Shown: piece after piece, positions 28,507-37,159 of the stretch | Layout: every line of letters starts with the position of its first letter | Position numbering within the stretch: position 1 is the stretch's first letter | Source: a virus | DNA: 64,000 bases | Virus record (IMG/VR): IMGVR_UViG_3300009164_000039 | Reading direction: 5' to 3' (one strand) | Program-made: the position numbers and the translations under genes | The notes under the pieces: model-generated | What the model was told of the DNA's origin: nothing | The model's input: the letters and a program-made list of their open reading frames with translations, nothing else | Databases searched by the model: none

Positions 28507-28507
28507 T

Positions 28508-28903
28508 TTACCAACTCGAATTATAAAACACTCGCCAGCCACGGGTTATTTCTGCCCGGGCCTCATTAATGAACTTCAGGTCCTCGGCCTGGTAGTGATC
28601 GTCGGCGTCATTGCCAAAGAAAAATCCAGACGTGCCGGGTAGTTCCTTATGCTTGACCACGTATTCCAATCTGTCCAGATCTTCCCAAGTGAGCTCCAGC
28701 TCATCGCCATTGAAGCTACCTGAGTGGCCTTTTTCTTCCCACAGCTTGTGCATCCAACCATGCAGGTTAGGATGCTTGCGCCAGTAGGCAATCTCACGAG
28801 GCTTGGCCACAGGACCAGAGTCCGTTTCGTAGTCATAGCTCTCGTAGTACTCTTTCATCTCATCTTTTTTCTTTGCCACGTAGGCGTACATATCTAGTCC
28901 CAT
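28508..28903 (-). CDS. Hypothetical phage protein
   Basis: MGLDMY..YWRKHPNLHGWM..SGFFFG pattern common in phage early regions. Confidence 0.75.
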   Translation of the reverse strand: MGLDMYAYVAKKKDEMKEYYESYDYETDSGPVAKPREIAYWRKHPNLHGWMHKLWEEKGHSGSFNGDELELTWEDLDRLEYVVKHKELPGTSGFFFGNDADDHYQAEDLKFINEARAEITRGWRVFYNSSW

Positions 28904-28904
28904 A

Positions 28905-29129
28905 TCAACTCCATGCTTTAACTAAACCTGCCACACAAACCAACACACCCACTGAGTTCACGATCAGTTGCGGGCGATTGGCTACCCTAATGCTCCATGC
29001 AAAAAACAGCACACCGCCTGCACAACCCATCACAATGTTCCACGGGTGCAAGTGTGGAAAGAAACTCATTATAGAGTACATGGTGATGAAACAGGCAGTA
29101 CCTGTCCATTGTAGCACATTATTAATCAT
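28905..29129 (-). CDS. Small membrane protein
   Basis: AGGAG SD; three hydrophobic segments. Confidence 0.65.
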   Translation of the reverse strand: MINNVLQWTGTACFITMYSIMSFFPHLHPWNIVMGCAGGVLFFAWSIRVANRPQLIVNSVGVLVCVAGLVKAWS

Positions 29130-29334
29130 ACGCAACTCCTGGCATCTTCTTTTTACCTTCCCAATGATCCCTTGTGACACAAAGGCCCTTGTGCTTGATG
29201 CCCAGTGGACTGTCTAGAACTGGTAATTGCACACGAACGCTTTCGCAAGCCTTTTGTGTGGGAAATTGCACAGTCTCCTTGCCAAGGAAGTCTCCGCCCG
29301 GGCTGGTCATAAAAATAATAAGAATCCAGTTCAT
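29122..29334 (-). CDS. Hypothetical protein
   Basis: ORF overlapping neighbours. Confidence 0.55.
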   Translation of the reverse strand: MNWILIIFMTSPGGDFLGKETVQFPTQKACESVRVQLPVLDSPLGIKHKGLCVTRDHWEGKKKMPGVAYD

Positions 29335-29615
29335 GCTGTCTCCCAATCTAGAGTTTTTACGCCACACTCGGCCAGTCTGTCAATGCCCTCATGCGGGCAG
29401 TAGATTTCGCTGGCAATAAAACACGCTCTGAATTCTTTGCCATTTTCTGGTTTGGTCCACCAACTCACTGTTTTACTTGACAGGCGTTGTGCAATCTTTC
29501 TGGGTGCGTCCAGTTCAAATATGCATTCAGCAGGGTGCAAGGCCAACACACCTCTCACGTGCTTCTCGTCAAAGTATGAGTGTGGATCTAGGTATATGGT
29601 TGCCATGGTGTTCAC
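29331..29615 (-). CDS. Hypothetical protein
   Basis: ORF overlapping neighbours. Confidence 0.55.
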   Translation of the reverse strand: MNTMATIYLDPHSYFDEKHVRGVLALHPAECIFELDAPRKIAQRLSSKTVSWWTKPENGKEFRACFIASEIYCPHEGIDRLAECGVKTLDWETA

Positions 29616-29860
29616 CCGTATTGTGTAAAGCCAAAGGTTTCAAGATCTTCCCAGGTCAGCTCACGGTTCAGTGCCAACACTGCATTGAACTTTTGTTCAG
29701 CTTCAGGACCTGTGTAGGAACATTCCCAGTCATCGCATCCGGATAGATGACAGCATGGATCGCCATCGTCGTAGCTGATCAAGCTGAGCTGGATGTATCG
29801 ATCGTCATTGAGAACGTGCAGGTCCTCGTAGAATCTAATGTAACAACTTTTTTCAATCAT
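29612..29860 (-). CDS. Hypothetical acidic protein
   Basis: ORF in operon. Confidence 0.55.
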   Translation of the reverse strand: MIEKSCYIRFYEDLHVLNDDRYIQLSLISYDDGDPCCHLSGCDDWECSYTGPEAEQKFNAVLALNRELTWEDLETFGFTQYG

Positions 29861-29869
29861 TTTACTGCC

Positions 29870-30007
29870 TTAAACGTGCAATGGGTTACGACGGCGCAGA
29901 TGTGCAAGTGCCAATTCCCGGCTGTCAAAGCGACCCGAGATGGGTGTCTGGTGTGCGCCACGCACAATGTACCAACCACCTAGTACTGCATTATACACTA
30001 CTTTCAT
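29870..30007 (-). CDS. Small hypothetical protein (45 aa, MKVVYNAVLGGWYIVRGAHQTPISGRF...)
   Basis: Below ORF-track cutoff; TAATG overlap with upstream stop; fills the gap. Confidence 0.6.
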   Translation of the reverse strand: MKVVYNAVLGGWYIVRGAHQTPISGRFDSRELALAHLRRRNPLHV

Positions 30008-30288
30008 TATGCGGCCTCCAACATGTTGGCTGGCACTTTCCACAGGCCTTGCTGAGTTGCCACTGTGACGTACTTGATAGCAACCTTGCTCACGGTACCC
30101 TGCATTGTGACACCACGTTTCACAGAGTGGAACTTGACCATGTCACCTTTGGTGAATTCACGGATCTTGGTTGCACGAAGCTGGGCACGAGCATAGTTCA
30201 CAGCATCGCTGATGCTGGTCAGTTGTTCGTTGGTAAAGTTGCTGAACATGATAGAAGTGTTAACTTCCTGAATGGTTGCGTATGACAT
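30007..30288 (-). CDS. Hypothetical protein
   Basis: AAGGAG SD before MSYATIQ. Confidence 0.7.
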   Translation of the reverse strand: MSYATIQEVNTSIMFSNFTNEQLTSISDAVNYARAQLRATKIREFTKGDMVKFHSVKRGVTMQGTVSKVAIKYVTVATQQGLWKVPANMLEAA

Positions 30289-30319
30289 CTCTGGCTCCTT
30301 TTTGTTTAACAATACATGT

Positions 30320-30348
30320 ATTATGCATTAAATGGGTTTTTTGGTCAA
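30320..30348 (-). promoter_or_regulatory. Sigma70-type promoter TTGACC-N17-CATAAT
   Basis: Boxes read directly in intergenic gap. Confidence 0.7.
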
Positions 30349-30367
30349 CCGTTTTTGTGTGTTGCTT

Positions 30368-30649
30368 TTACGCAACATTTTGCTCCAAAAACTTGAACAC
30401 ACGGCGTTGTATTTTTACAACAACAGAATTGCTGTTATTTTGAGCTCTAAAATACTCAATTTTTGCTTGCAGTAGCTCGTGAGTGGTATCTTGCAAAGAC
30501 AACTCTGCATAATACATGGCTTTGTTTGAAGCACAGCCCTCAAAATTGTCCGCAACAATGTGTATGGCTACGGGCGTGTTTGCGTAAGGTGTTACTTTAA
30601 CACTTACGTTTACAAAAAGGCAATTGCTTGCTTTAGTATTAAATTGCAC
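30368..30649 (-). CDS. Hypothetical protein (GTG start)
   Basis: AAGGAG SD 6 nt before GTG; downstream of a consensus promoter. Confidence 0.6.
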   Translation of the reverse strand: MQFNTKASNCLFVNVSVKVTPYANTPVAIHIVADNFEGCASNKAMYYAELSLQDTTHELLQAKIEYFRAQNNSNSVVVKIQRRVFKFLEQNVA

Positions 30650-30679
30650 GTTGAGCTCCTTTTTTGCTATTGAGCCTAA

Positions 30680-30708
30680 ATTATAGCAAAACGGGCAGAT
30701 GCTGTCAA
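30680..30708 (-). promoter_or_regulatory. Sigma70-type promoter TTGACA-N17-TATAAT
   Basis: Perfect consensus. Confidence 0.85.
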
Positions 30709-30744
30709 CCCAAAACCCTGGGCTGTGCAGGGTCTTTATGGCAG

Positions 30745-31167
30745 TTAGAAATCCAACACAATTCGGCCGTTGATGATGTTCAGAGCACACTGCAACCGGT
30801 CCCGTTTGCCCCAGTGCATGCGACCCAGTTGGTAAACTTCGGTCCTGAAGTTTTTACGTACCTTGGTCTTGTTGCTGACCACAACCACCTGTCCCCATCT
30901 GGCGTCCTGGAATGTGTAGCGACCATCAGGAGTGAGATAACTCCACTTGTTGTGCATCTCTGTGTCGCCACCCACTGGATCAAACTTGATGGTTTCTGCA
31001 AGGGTGCGGTTGCTCTTGGCTTCCTCGGTTTTCTGGGCTCGATCAATGTGGCCGCCCAGACTCACCAGGTCCCGGCCACTCAGGCCCATCATCTGGCTCC
31101 AGGCAATCAACTGTTCCAGCTGATCGTGCTTGTCTTTGTCAAATCTTTTTAGTCTAGTCAGGTCCAT
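30745..31167 (-). CDS. Hypothetical protein
   Basis: GAGG SD before MDLTRL. Confidence 0.65.
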   Translation of the reverse strand: MDLTRLKRFDKDKHDQLEQLIAWSQMMGLSGRDLVSLGGHIDRAQKTEEAKSNRTLAETIKFDPVGGDTEMHNKWSYLTPDGRYTFQDARWGQVVVVSNKTKVRKNFRTEVYQLGRMHWGKRDRLQCALNIINGRIVLDF

Positions 31168-31168
31168 A

Positions 31169-31591
31169 CTACACCTCTTGAAATAATTCCGAAAACATTT
31201 TGTTCTGGTATGTGTAGCGATTTCGATAATCGCCAAACAGTTTGGTTTTTTGTTTGTGGCACGTGGCGCATATTGCTCTTAGATTGTCTTGATCATTGTT
31301 GTCACGATCGCCATCCCAGTGATCAATTTCTAGCAAGGATCTATCAATGTCCGGTGCCGCACATGAAAATCCAAGATCCAATGCACCATCTCGATTTTCA
31401 CATCCACCGCGAAGGCACTTGAATATGAGAACTGCTTCCTTGCCCACAGTCCTGTGATGATTACAAAAAGTTTTCCAATCATACCCTGTGGTACCGTTGA
31501 GTTTTTTGTATCTGTGATGATAGCTGACCTGTTGGTTGCAGTCAGGTAACGCACACTGGGGTGCATATAGTTTATAGGCGGCTGTTTTCAT
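31169..31591 (-). CDS. HNH endonuclease
   Basis: CE....C..LEIDHWDGDRDNNDQDNLRAICATCH. Confidence 0.85.
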   Translation of the reverse strand: MKTAAYKLYAPQCALPDCNQQVSYHHRYKKLNGTTGYDWKTFCNHHRTVGKEAVLIFKCLRGGCENRDGALDLGFSCAAPDIDRSLLEIDHWDGDRDNNDQDNLRAICATCHKQKTKLFGDYRNRYTYQNKMFSELFQEV

Positions 31592-32106
31592 TGTGGTTCC
31601 CTGTATTCTTTAATCATTTTGCATAAAGTTTTGTAGTCTTTGACTTTGTAATCCCACCAGTCTGGCAGGTACGAGTCGCTTCTTCCTTTTCCAACACGCG
31701 GTGATCCGTCAGCGTTGAAGGTGAACTTGATACAATGTGCCTTTTGCGCATCAGCCAACGGAATCCAAAAATACCATTGTTTGTCAGTTATTGTTTCTGT
31801 GACTGTAACTGAAAGTGGTCCTTTAGAACTTGTTGGCGAAAGGCTAGCTCTAATGCCTGTGTGTTTAGGTTCGGGCCAGGTTTTAACATGCTTGCACTGA
31901 ACACCGTTTACAAAATCCTTACCAGGAGTGTTTCTTTTACACAAAGCAATACCTGAAGTCTTTGACTTTGCTTGTTCTGCTACCTCACCAATATGCAATA
32001 GCTTCATGTCGTCAAGCAACCGCAATAACTTGCCTACACTCATGCGCTTCTTCAGCATCTCTCGGCCAAATATCGCTATTGTGTGATCATTAATTAAAGG
32101 CTTCAT
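31588..32106 (-). CDS. Putative PD-(D/E)xK-like nuclease
   Basis: IGEVAE..GKDFVNGVQCKHV pattern resembles E..D..(Q/E)xK core; weak. Confidence 0.35.
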   Translation of the reverse strand: MKPLINDHTIAIFGREMLKKRMSVGKLLRLLDDMKLLHIGEVAEQAKSKTSGIALCKRNTPGKDFVNGVQCKHVKTWPEPKHTGIRASLSPTSSKGPLSVTVTETITDKQWYFWIPLADAQKAHCIKFTFNADGSPRVGKGRSDSYLPDWWDYKVKDYKTLCKMIKEYREPQ

Positions 32107-32107
32107 T

Positions 32108-32659
32108 TCAAACTCCAAAATGTTTGTAGTGTTTATCCAGTGTCCAACCATGCATGTTTGCAATGGTTGGACCATTGTATACGGAAAAAGTATTTCCTGT
32201 CAAGACATTATAACGATCAAAGAAATGCCAGTAGCTGGGACTTGTGCTCGCATGTCCTGCCCGGCGCAGTACGTCATCGTTTGCCTTGCTGATCAAACAA
32301 GTTGGAGCATTGAGAGCTTGATCGACTGTCAACGCACCAGCCAACATCATATCGCGAATTTTGCTCGCAGGAATGATATGTTCGAATATACAGTCACGTG
32401 AGTTTACTCCCACTTGAATGTAATGCGATCCTATGCCGCCGCCAATGGTATAACCATGGTAACGACGGATCCAATGGTCAATGCTGTCTCGCAGGAGACG
32501 CAAGTGTTGCAACCCACCACCGGCCTTGTACATTGTGACCAGGCGATCAAGCTCAGTCACTGTGAGTGCCAGCGTTTCAGCATAAGCAGATTCATTGCGA
32601 GTGACTCGCCCGTAATCAGCTTCGCTAAAATTCTCAACCAATGTTTTTAAGTGTTGCAT
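32108..32659 (-). CDS. Hypothetical protein with His-Me-finger-like FEHIIP motif
   Basis: CIFEHIIPAS..NAPTCLISKAND. Confidence 0.4.
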   Translation of the reverse strand: MQHLKTLVENFSEADYGRVTRNESAYAETLALTVTELDRLVTMYKAGGGLQHLRLLRDSIDHWIRRYHGYTIGGGIGSHYIQVGVNSRDCIFEHIIPASKIRDMMLAGALTVDQALNAPTCLISKANDDVLRRAGHASTSPSYWHFFDRYNVLTGNTFSVYNGPTIANMHGWTLDKHYKHFGV

Positions 32660-32711
32660 GACCTTAGTATAACACAAAACCTGTCAAGTGGATGTTGTGT
32701 TTACGCAACAC

Positions 32712-33107
32712 TTACTCGATTACTTGTGTGCGTCTACTGACTCTGTCGCTGTAGAGCTGGGTGCCACGTTCACGTATTAAGTCAGCCGCCGACTGTGGAT
32801 CATTGGTAAACATGTCCCACATGTCTTGCTCTGTGATGCCCGGTGTGGTCTGGATAGTGTAGACTTCGTAGTGACGTTGGCTGTTGGCACGTGCTCGCAG
32901 TAGAACATGCTGGACCATTTGATTCAGCATGCTGGCACTTTGATTGCCAGGGTCACGAGCATCTGGATCACTGAGTATTTGCCACATGCGTTTCTTTTCA
33001 CCAGCCTCAACCAGCTTTTCTAGGTTGGTGACGTCAATGCAAGATTCCAGGCCAGTCATGTCCCAGCTGAGTAAGAATGCGTTATGCTTTGATTTGCGCT
33101 TTACCAT
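32712..33107 (-). CDS. Hypothetical protein
   Basis: ORF; NAFLLSWD..GLE and RARANSQRHYEVY segments. Confidence 0.7.
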   Translation of the reverse strand: MVKRKSKHNAFLLSWDMTGLESCIDVTNLEKLVEAGEKKRMWQILSDPDARDPGNQSASMLNQMVQHVLLRARANSQRHYEVYTIQTTPGITEQDMWDMFTNDPQSAADLIRERGTQLYSDRVSRRTQVIE

Positions 33108-33258
33108 GTTGATGCCTGTATTCACGTTTGAGCCAGTACTTGTAACGATTCCAGTATTCTTGTAACGAGTACGGTAACTGTCCGTAGTCTTCGTACTCGC
33201 GGCAATTCTCTCTCCAGACGTCGTTAAGCCATTTGCGGAAAAGAGTGTGCTTTGACAT
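33082..33258 (-). CDS. Small aromatic-rich protein (58 aa, MSKHTLFRKWL...YKYWLKREYRHQH)
   Basis: Below ORF-track cutoff; AGGAG SD upstream. Confidence 0.65.
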   Translation of the reverse strand: MSKHTLFRKWLNDVWRENCREYEDYGQLPYSLQEYWNRYKYWLKREYRHQHGKAQIKA

Positions 33259-33266
33259 AGTGTCTC

Positions 33267-33758
33267 CTAGACAATAGCACGGGTCAGCATGTCAAATGCT
33301 TTTTGCTGTGCTTCAAGTTCTTCAGGCGAGAGTGGAACTGCCTTCAGTCCATGCTTGGGTGCATAGCCTTCTTCGGGCAGTTGTTCGGTCAAAGTAAGCA
33401 ACAGTCGATATTGTTCCCATGCTGCCTTGACAGCAACAGAATCAGCACCTGACGCCGCAGTTGGAAACAGGTCCATCCACAAGTAATCACGTGGAACACT
33501 CACGCCTGCACCAATGTTGTTGCTACGTGGTTCCAGGATGCGACCGGTATTGAACAATTCAAGTCCCACACGTTCACATTCGGCTTGATCCAGTCCCTGT
33601 AGGTAACCCGGACGGTGTAGGTACTCTGCAATCACTTCCTGAACATGTTCTTCTTTAGGCATGTGAGTACGTGCAATGATGACCAATACGTCATCAAGTG
33701 CAACTTCTCCACGCACAATGCTACCAAGGCAACGGCCAAAACTAAATCCGATTTTCAT
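33267..33758 (-). CDS. Hypothetical protein
   Basis: ORF directly downstream of a consensus promoter. Confidence 0.75.
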   Translation of the reverse strand: MKIGFSFGRCLGSIVRGEVALDDVLVIIARTHMPKEEHVQEVIAEYLHRPGYLQGLDQAECERVGLELFNTGRILEPRSNNIGAGVSVPRDYLWMDLFPTAASGADSVAVKAAWEQYRLLLTLTEQLPEEGYAPKHGLKAVPLSPEELEAQQKAFDMLTRAIV

Positions 33759-33784
33759 AATAGATCCTTGAGTGTAATAGTTAA

Positions 33785-33813
33785 ATTATACAGTTAATGC
33801 AATTACATGTCAA
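33785..33813 (-). promoter_or_regulatory. Sigma70-type promoter TTGACA-N17-TATAAT
   Basis: Perfect consensus; spacer resembles that at 26994..27010. Confidence 0.85.
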
Positions 33814-34195
33814 GACTATTTAGGTAAGATTCCAAATTTCCTGCATGCAGTTCCAGCATGATTGCATCCTGCTCACCAATCAACTTGATGGCATTGCGAC
33901 TGACTAAGCAATAGGGAGCAGTCATGAGATGATCCAGTTGTAACAACACCAGGTTGGTCATGCGTCGGGTGACCTTGATGTTGTAGGCAGTGAGTTTGCA
34001 GTGTTTGATTACCCAGGCATAGCCGCCATTGGTCAGTCGCAGACTGTTGGGATTTGTGATGTTGTGCCAGAGAGAATGCCGGAATGATTCTTCTGAGTGT
34101 TCAGTGCCCTTGAAGGTAACAGGAGGTGGCGCAATGCTGGTAAAACGTTTTTGCCACTCCAGTTGGAGACTAGACTTTGGGGTAGATTTGGTCAC
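33803..34195 (-). CDS. Hypothetical protein
   Basis: ORF in operon. Confidence 0.7.
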   Translation of the reverse strand: MTKSTPKSSLQLEWQKRFTSIAPPPVTFKGTEHSEESFRHSLWHNITNPNSLRLTNGGYAWVIKHCKLTAYNIKVTRRMTNLVLLQLDHLMTAPYCLVSRNAIKLIGEQDAIMLELHAGNLESYLNSLDM

Positions 34196-34463
34196 CTTGT
34201 TTAAGGATCACTACTGTGAACTTGTCTGTTTTGAACAAGGTATTGAGTTTCTTGGCAAGGTTGATTGCATGGCCGGGATTACTGAAGCTTACCTTCTTGT
34301 ACTTTGGCCCAGGATAGCTGACCAAAATATTATGTGACTTGAGATTGATAGGTTTACTGTCGTAAAACACCGCCCAGATACCTTCGCTACTTAGAACCTG
34401 ATCACTCTTGTAGTTGGATTTGTTTACATGCTCTAAGAGCACTGTTGGCTTTGGTCTTGACAT
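34170..34463 (-). CDS. Hypothetical basic protein
   Basis: MSRPKP..KYKKVSFSNPGHA; follows TATAAATA. Confidence 0.75.
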   Translation of the reverse strand: MSRPKPTVLLEHVNKSNYKSDQVLSSEGIWAVFYDSKPINLKSHNILVSYPGPKYKKVSFSNPGHAINLAKKLNTLFKTDKFTVVILKQGDQIYPKV

Positions 34464-34485
34464 ATCATTGTTTTCCTGGTATGTT

Positions 34486-34493
34486 TATTTATA
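34486..34493 (-). promoter_or_regulatory. T4-type late promoter TATAAATA
   Basis: Exact T4 late consensus in intergenic gap. Confidence 0.7.
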
Positions 34494-34510
34494 CCTCAAA
34501 TAGACGTATA

Positions 34511-34732
34511 TTACTTAAAACCTCCGCCATCCATACTTACTTGTACAGTGGCTTCGGGTTTGCTTTCAAGTGCTTGGCTGAGAATGGCCACGTGAGCTAG
34601 TAATGCATAGATATCGCTTTGTAGTGCTCTAGCACTGTCTGCAGGCAATACTAACTGTGTGGCACGTGTTTGGCTCATGGTGGCCACACGCTCATTGAAC
34701 GTGCGGATATGTAGGCCATAATTATTGTCCAT
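34511..34732 (-). CDS. Hypothetical protein
   Basis: ORF in operon. Confidence 0.65.
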   Translation of the reverse strand: MDNNYGLHIRTFNERVATMSQTRATQLVLPADSARALQSDIYALLAHVAILSQALESKPEATVQVSMDGGGFK

Positions 34733-35198
34733 TTACAATCCTCAGTTGTTCTGTCATGTGTTCTTTGGTGCAGAATGGTCCTTGGAATTCATAACGCTGT
34801 AGTGTGATTAGTTTTGGACAATAGGCCTTGGCCCAGTTGTTGGCAAATTTTACCAGGTAGTAGCCTGCACAGAAATAACTTTTGCTTTTGCTTGTTTTGG
34901 CATAGATAGGCAATCGTTTGGGCACATCATACAAAGGATTGTATGGTTGGTGACTGCATGGCCAACCATACACATCAAACTCTGCTGGCTTTTCTTTTTT
35001 GACCTTGCCTGGCTTTACAAATTCAATGTTGTAGTGATTCTTCAACATCTTGACTGTGGGAAACGTTTCACGCTTGTTGTTGTGAACATACACAAAGCCG
35101 CCTTCTTCCACTGCCAGGATAGTAGCAATTTTGCCGCCTTCATCTTCAACGATCCAGTACTTGTCCTTGACAACCGGAGTAGCACGTAGTTCAGTCAT
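34722..35198 (-). CDS. Hypothetical protein
   Basis: Start refined to MTELRATP (overlap with upstream stop). Confidence 0.7.
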   Translation of the reverse strand: MTELRATPVVKDKYWIVEDEGGKIATILAVEEGGFVYVHNNKRETFPTVKMLKNHYNIEFVKPGKVKKEKPAEFDVYGWPCSHQPYNPLYDVPKRLPIYAKTSKSKSYFCAGYYLVKFANNWAKAYCPKLITLQRYEFQGPFCTKEHMTEQLRIVNGQ

Positions 35199-35709
35199 GA
35201 CTTCCAGTATCCTCGCTGATGAATTGATAGTTGAGTTCATTTTTAGTTTCCTTTTTTGTTTCGTACTCTGCTGTTTGTCTAGCATACTCTGCCGCACGTT
35301 TGGCCTCGCATGGTTTGCATGTGGTCTTGATCCATCCACCGTGTGTTTGCTCGCCGGGATTACCGCATGTTTCGCAAGTGACAGCACTCATGCTTTCTGC
35401 CATGCTAACCATGCCGTCAATCACATCATCACCACCTGTGTAGTAGAAACGCAATGTGCCAAACTTTTCCTTAACTTGGTCCAGAGTCACTTGAGGTACT
35501 TGTTTGTACTGCTTGTAACCTTTTTCAAAGTTCTTGTTGTTCCAGTCAATATGATGCTGGATATTGCTCATGAGCAGATTCAAGATGTTGTACCAACCAT
35601 CGCCGCATTCAAAGCCCCAGCACATGCAAGTTTCCTTCATGTCTTTGTTGCGATTAACCATCATCTTAGGATACTTCTCGCACAGCTTTTGGTCTAGTTC
35701 TTGTCTCAT
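35191..35709 (-). CDS. Hypothetical protein with C-terminal CxxC..CxxC
   Basis: GFECGDGW, QVKEKFGTLRFY, CETCG..CKPC. Confidence 0.75.
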   Translation of the reverse strand: MRQELDQKLCEKYPKMMVNRNKDMKETCMCWGFECGDGWYNILNLLMSNIQHHIDWNNKNFEKGYKQYKQVPQVTLDQVKEKFGTLRFYYTGGDDVIDGMVSMAESMSAVTCETCGNPGEQTHGGWIKTTCKPCEAKRAAEYARQTAEYETKKETKNELNYQFISEDTGSHD

Positions 35710-35713
35710 ATTA

Positions 35714-35959
35714 TCACCAGTTAGAAACGTCAGTCACGTCAGTTTTAATTTCGGTGTTGTCACCACCTAGGTTGAGTGTAAAACGCAAACTCATACTTGA
35801 TCCAATGCCAGACTCATTGCTGATATGCAATTCAAAGTCATTGATATCTTGGAAGTGTTCAGCCATCTCACTCATTTGTATGATCTGCTTGCGTGTGAGA
35901 TGTATCACCGTGGGTGAGCTGTATGTGGTTTGCACAAACCCTTTGTCTTTTTTAGTCAT
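35714..35959 (-). CDS. Hypothetical protein
   Basis: GGAGG SD before MTKKDK. Confidence 0.6.
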   Translation of the reverse strand: MTKKDKGFVQTTYSSPTVIHLTRKQIIQMSEMAEHFQDINDFELHISNESGIGSSMSLRFTLNLGGDNTEIKTDVTDVSNW

Positions 35960-36191
35960 GTTCGCCTCCGTAGTATTTGATAATTTCACCCATGGCTCTG
36001 ATCAGCACAGTGTTGTTTACCACATCCTCTGGATGCAACCAAACACCGTCGGGATTGCTGTCAGTCTTGGGATTCTTTTCCCAGTTCTTTAGTTCTGTCT
36101 TTAGATATCGGCGTTGCTCTTGCAATGATGCAAGCACAATGCCATCAGCCACTTCAAATGGTATTTCAAGACCAGTTGCTTTTTTACTCAT
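35952..36191 (-). CDS. Hypothetical protein
   Basis: ORF in operon. Confidence 0.65.
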   Translation of the reverse strand: MSKKATGLEIPFEVADGIVLASLQEQRRYLKTELKNWEKNPKTDSNPDGVWLHPEDVVNNTVLIRAMGEIIKYYGGEHD

Positions 36192-36760
36192 ACAGTATCC
36201 TTACAGTCGTCGGGCCATTCACTAGGAACCCATCCTAGCACATACATATCGTTTTCAATCTCTTCCGTTACAGTACCTTCTGGCACAAAACCTTTTGCTT
36301 CAAGAGTTGCACTGCCGTCATCTGCATCGTCATCACTTAGATGATTTCCTATACCAGAGCAGTACCAGTCAATATAGTCGCCCTTGCCCTGCAGATCTGC
36401 AACGATTCCACCTGAACTGCGCCAGCTACACGACCAGTATTGATCCTTGAGGATAGGTATTACTTCGCGCTTCTGCCAACGCATGTTACACAATGCCGCA
36501 TACAAATGCTGTGCATAAACATCACTGCGACATTTTTCAATCACCCATTTGGTAGTACGCAGATCAAACTCTAGATTCTGTTGTTGCCATTCAGGATCAG
36601 CTTCAAGTTCGTTGGCACGAGTGTTCCAGTCGTCGTAGAACTTGATCATGCGTTTGACTTCTGGATCATCTAGACTCTTGCCAGCTTCAAGAGTTCGTTG
36701 GATGTAGCCTTCTTTTTGGAAGGTGCCGCGGTCTGGGCTGGATGCTAGTTCAGTGTTCAC
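36188..36760 (-). CDS. Hypothetical protein
   Basis: WSCSWRSSGGIVAD..DYIDWYCSG segment. Confidence 0.7.
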   Translation of the reverse strand: MNTELASSPDRGTFQKEGYIQRTLEAGKSLDDPEVKRMIKFYDDWNTRANELEADPEWQQQNLEFDLRTTKWVIEKCRSDVYAQHLYAALCNMRWQKREVIPILKDQYWSCSWRSSGGIVADLQGKGDYIDWYCSGIGNHLSDDDADDGSATLEAKGFVPEGTVTEEIENDMYVLGWVPSEWPDDCKDTV

Positions 36761-36980
36761 TTAGTTTATCCCACATTAGTTCATAGTCTTTTACATTGGC
36801 CGCACATCTAATGTAACCTTGCGCGATTGCCCAGTCTAGCGTTGTGGCAACATTAGACGGAGCGCCGGGCATGACCACAATCTCAGCACGAGGATACACA
36901 CATATACCATCAATGATGTTGAAGTCAGGCTCGCCTGCTTGTATAGTGCGAACAATGCTTTTATGTACGGTGTAGGTCAT
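36750..36980 (-). CDS. Hypothetical protein
   Basis: ATGA overlap. Confidence 0.55.
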   Translation of the reverse strand: MTYTVHKSIVRTIQAGEPDFNIIDGICVYPRAEIVVMPGAPSNVATTLDWAIAQGYIRCAANVKDYELMWDKLSEH

Positions 36981-37159
36981 GCGTAATCCTTTGAAAGAGC
37001 ATCCAGCACATCTTGCCGATCTTGATTGATATAGCACATGGCCACATGCAACATCTGATGAGCATGATCAATGTCGTGTGGAATAACTACCCGTCGACCT
37101 TGATACAGATCTTTGAGTGTTGTTTCAAGTTCCTGAATACGTTCATACATGATATTCAT
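36977..37159 (-). CDS. Hypothetical protein
   Basis: ATGA overlap with rnh stop. Confidence 0.55.
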   Translation of the reverse strand: MNIMYERIQELETTLKDLYQGRRVVIPHDIDHAHQMLHVAMCYINQDRQDVLDALSKDYA

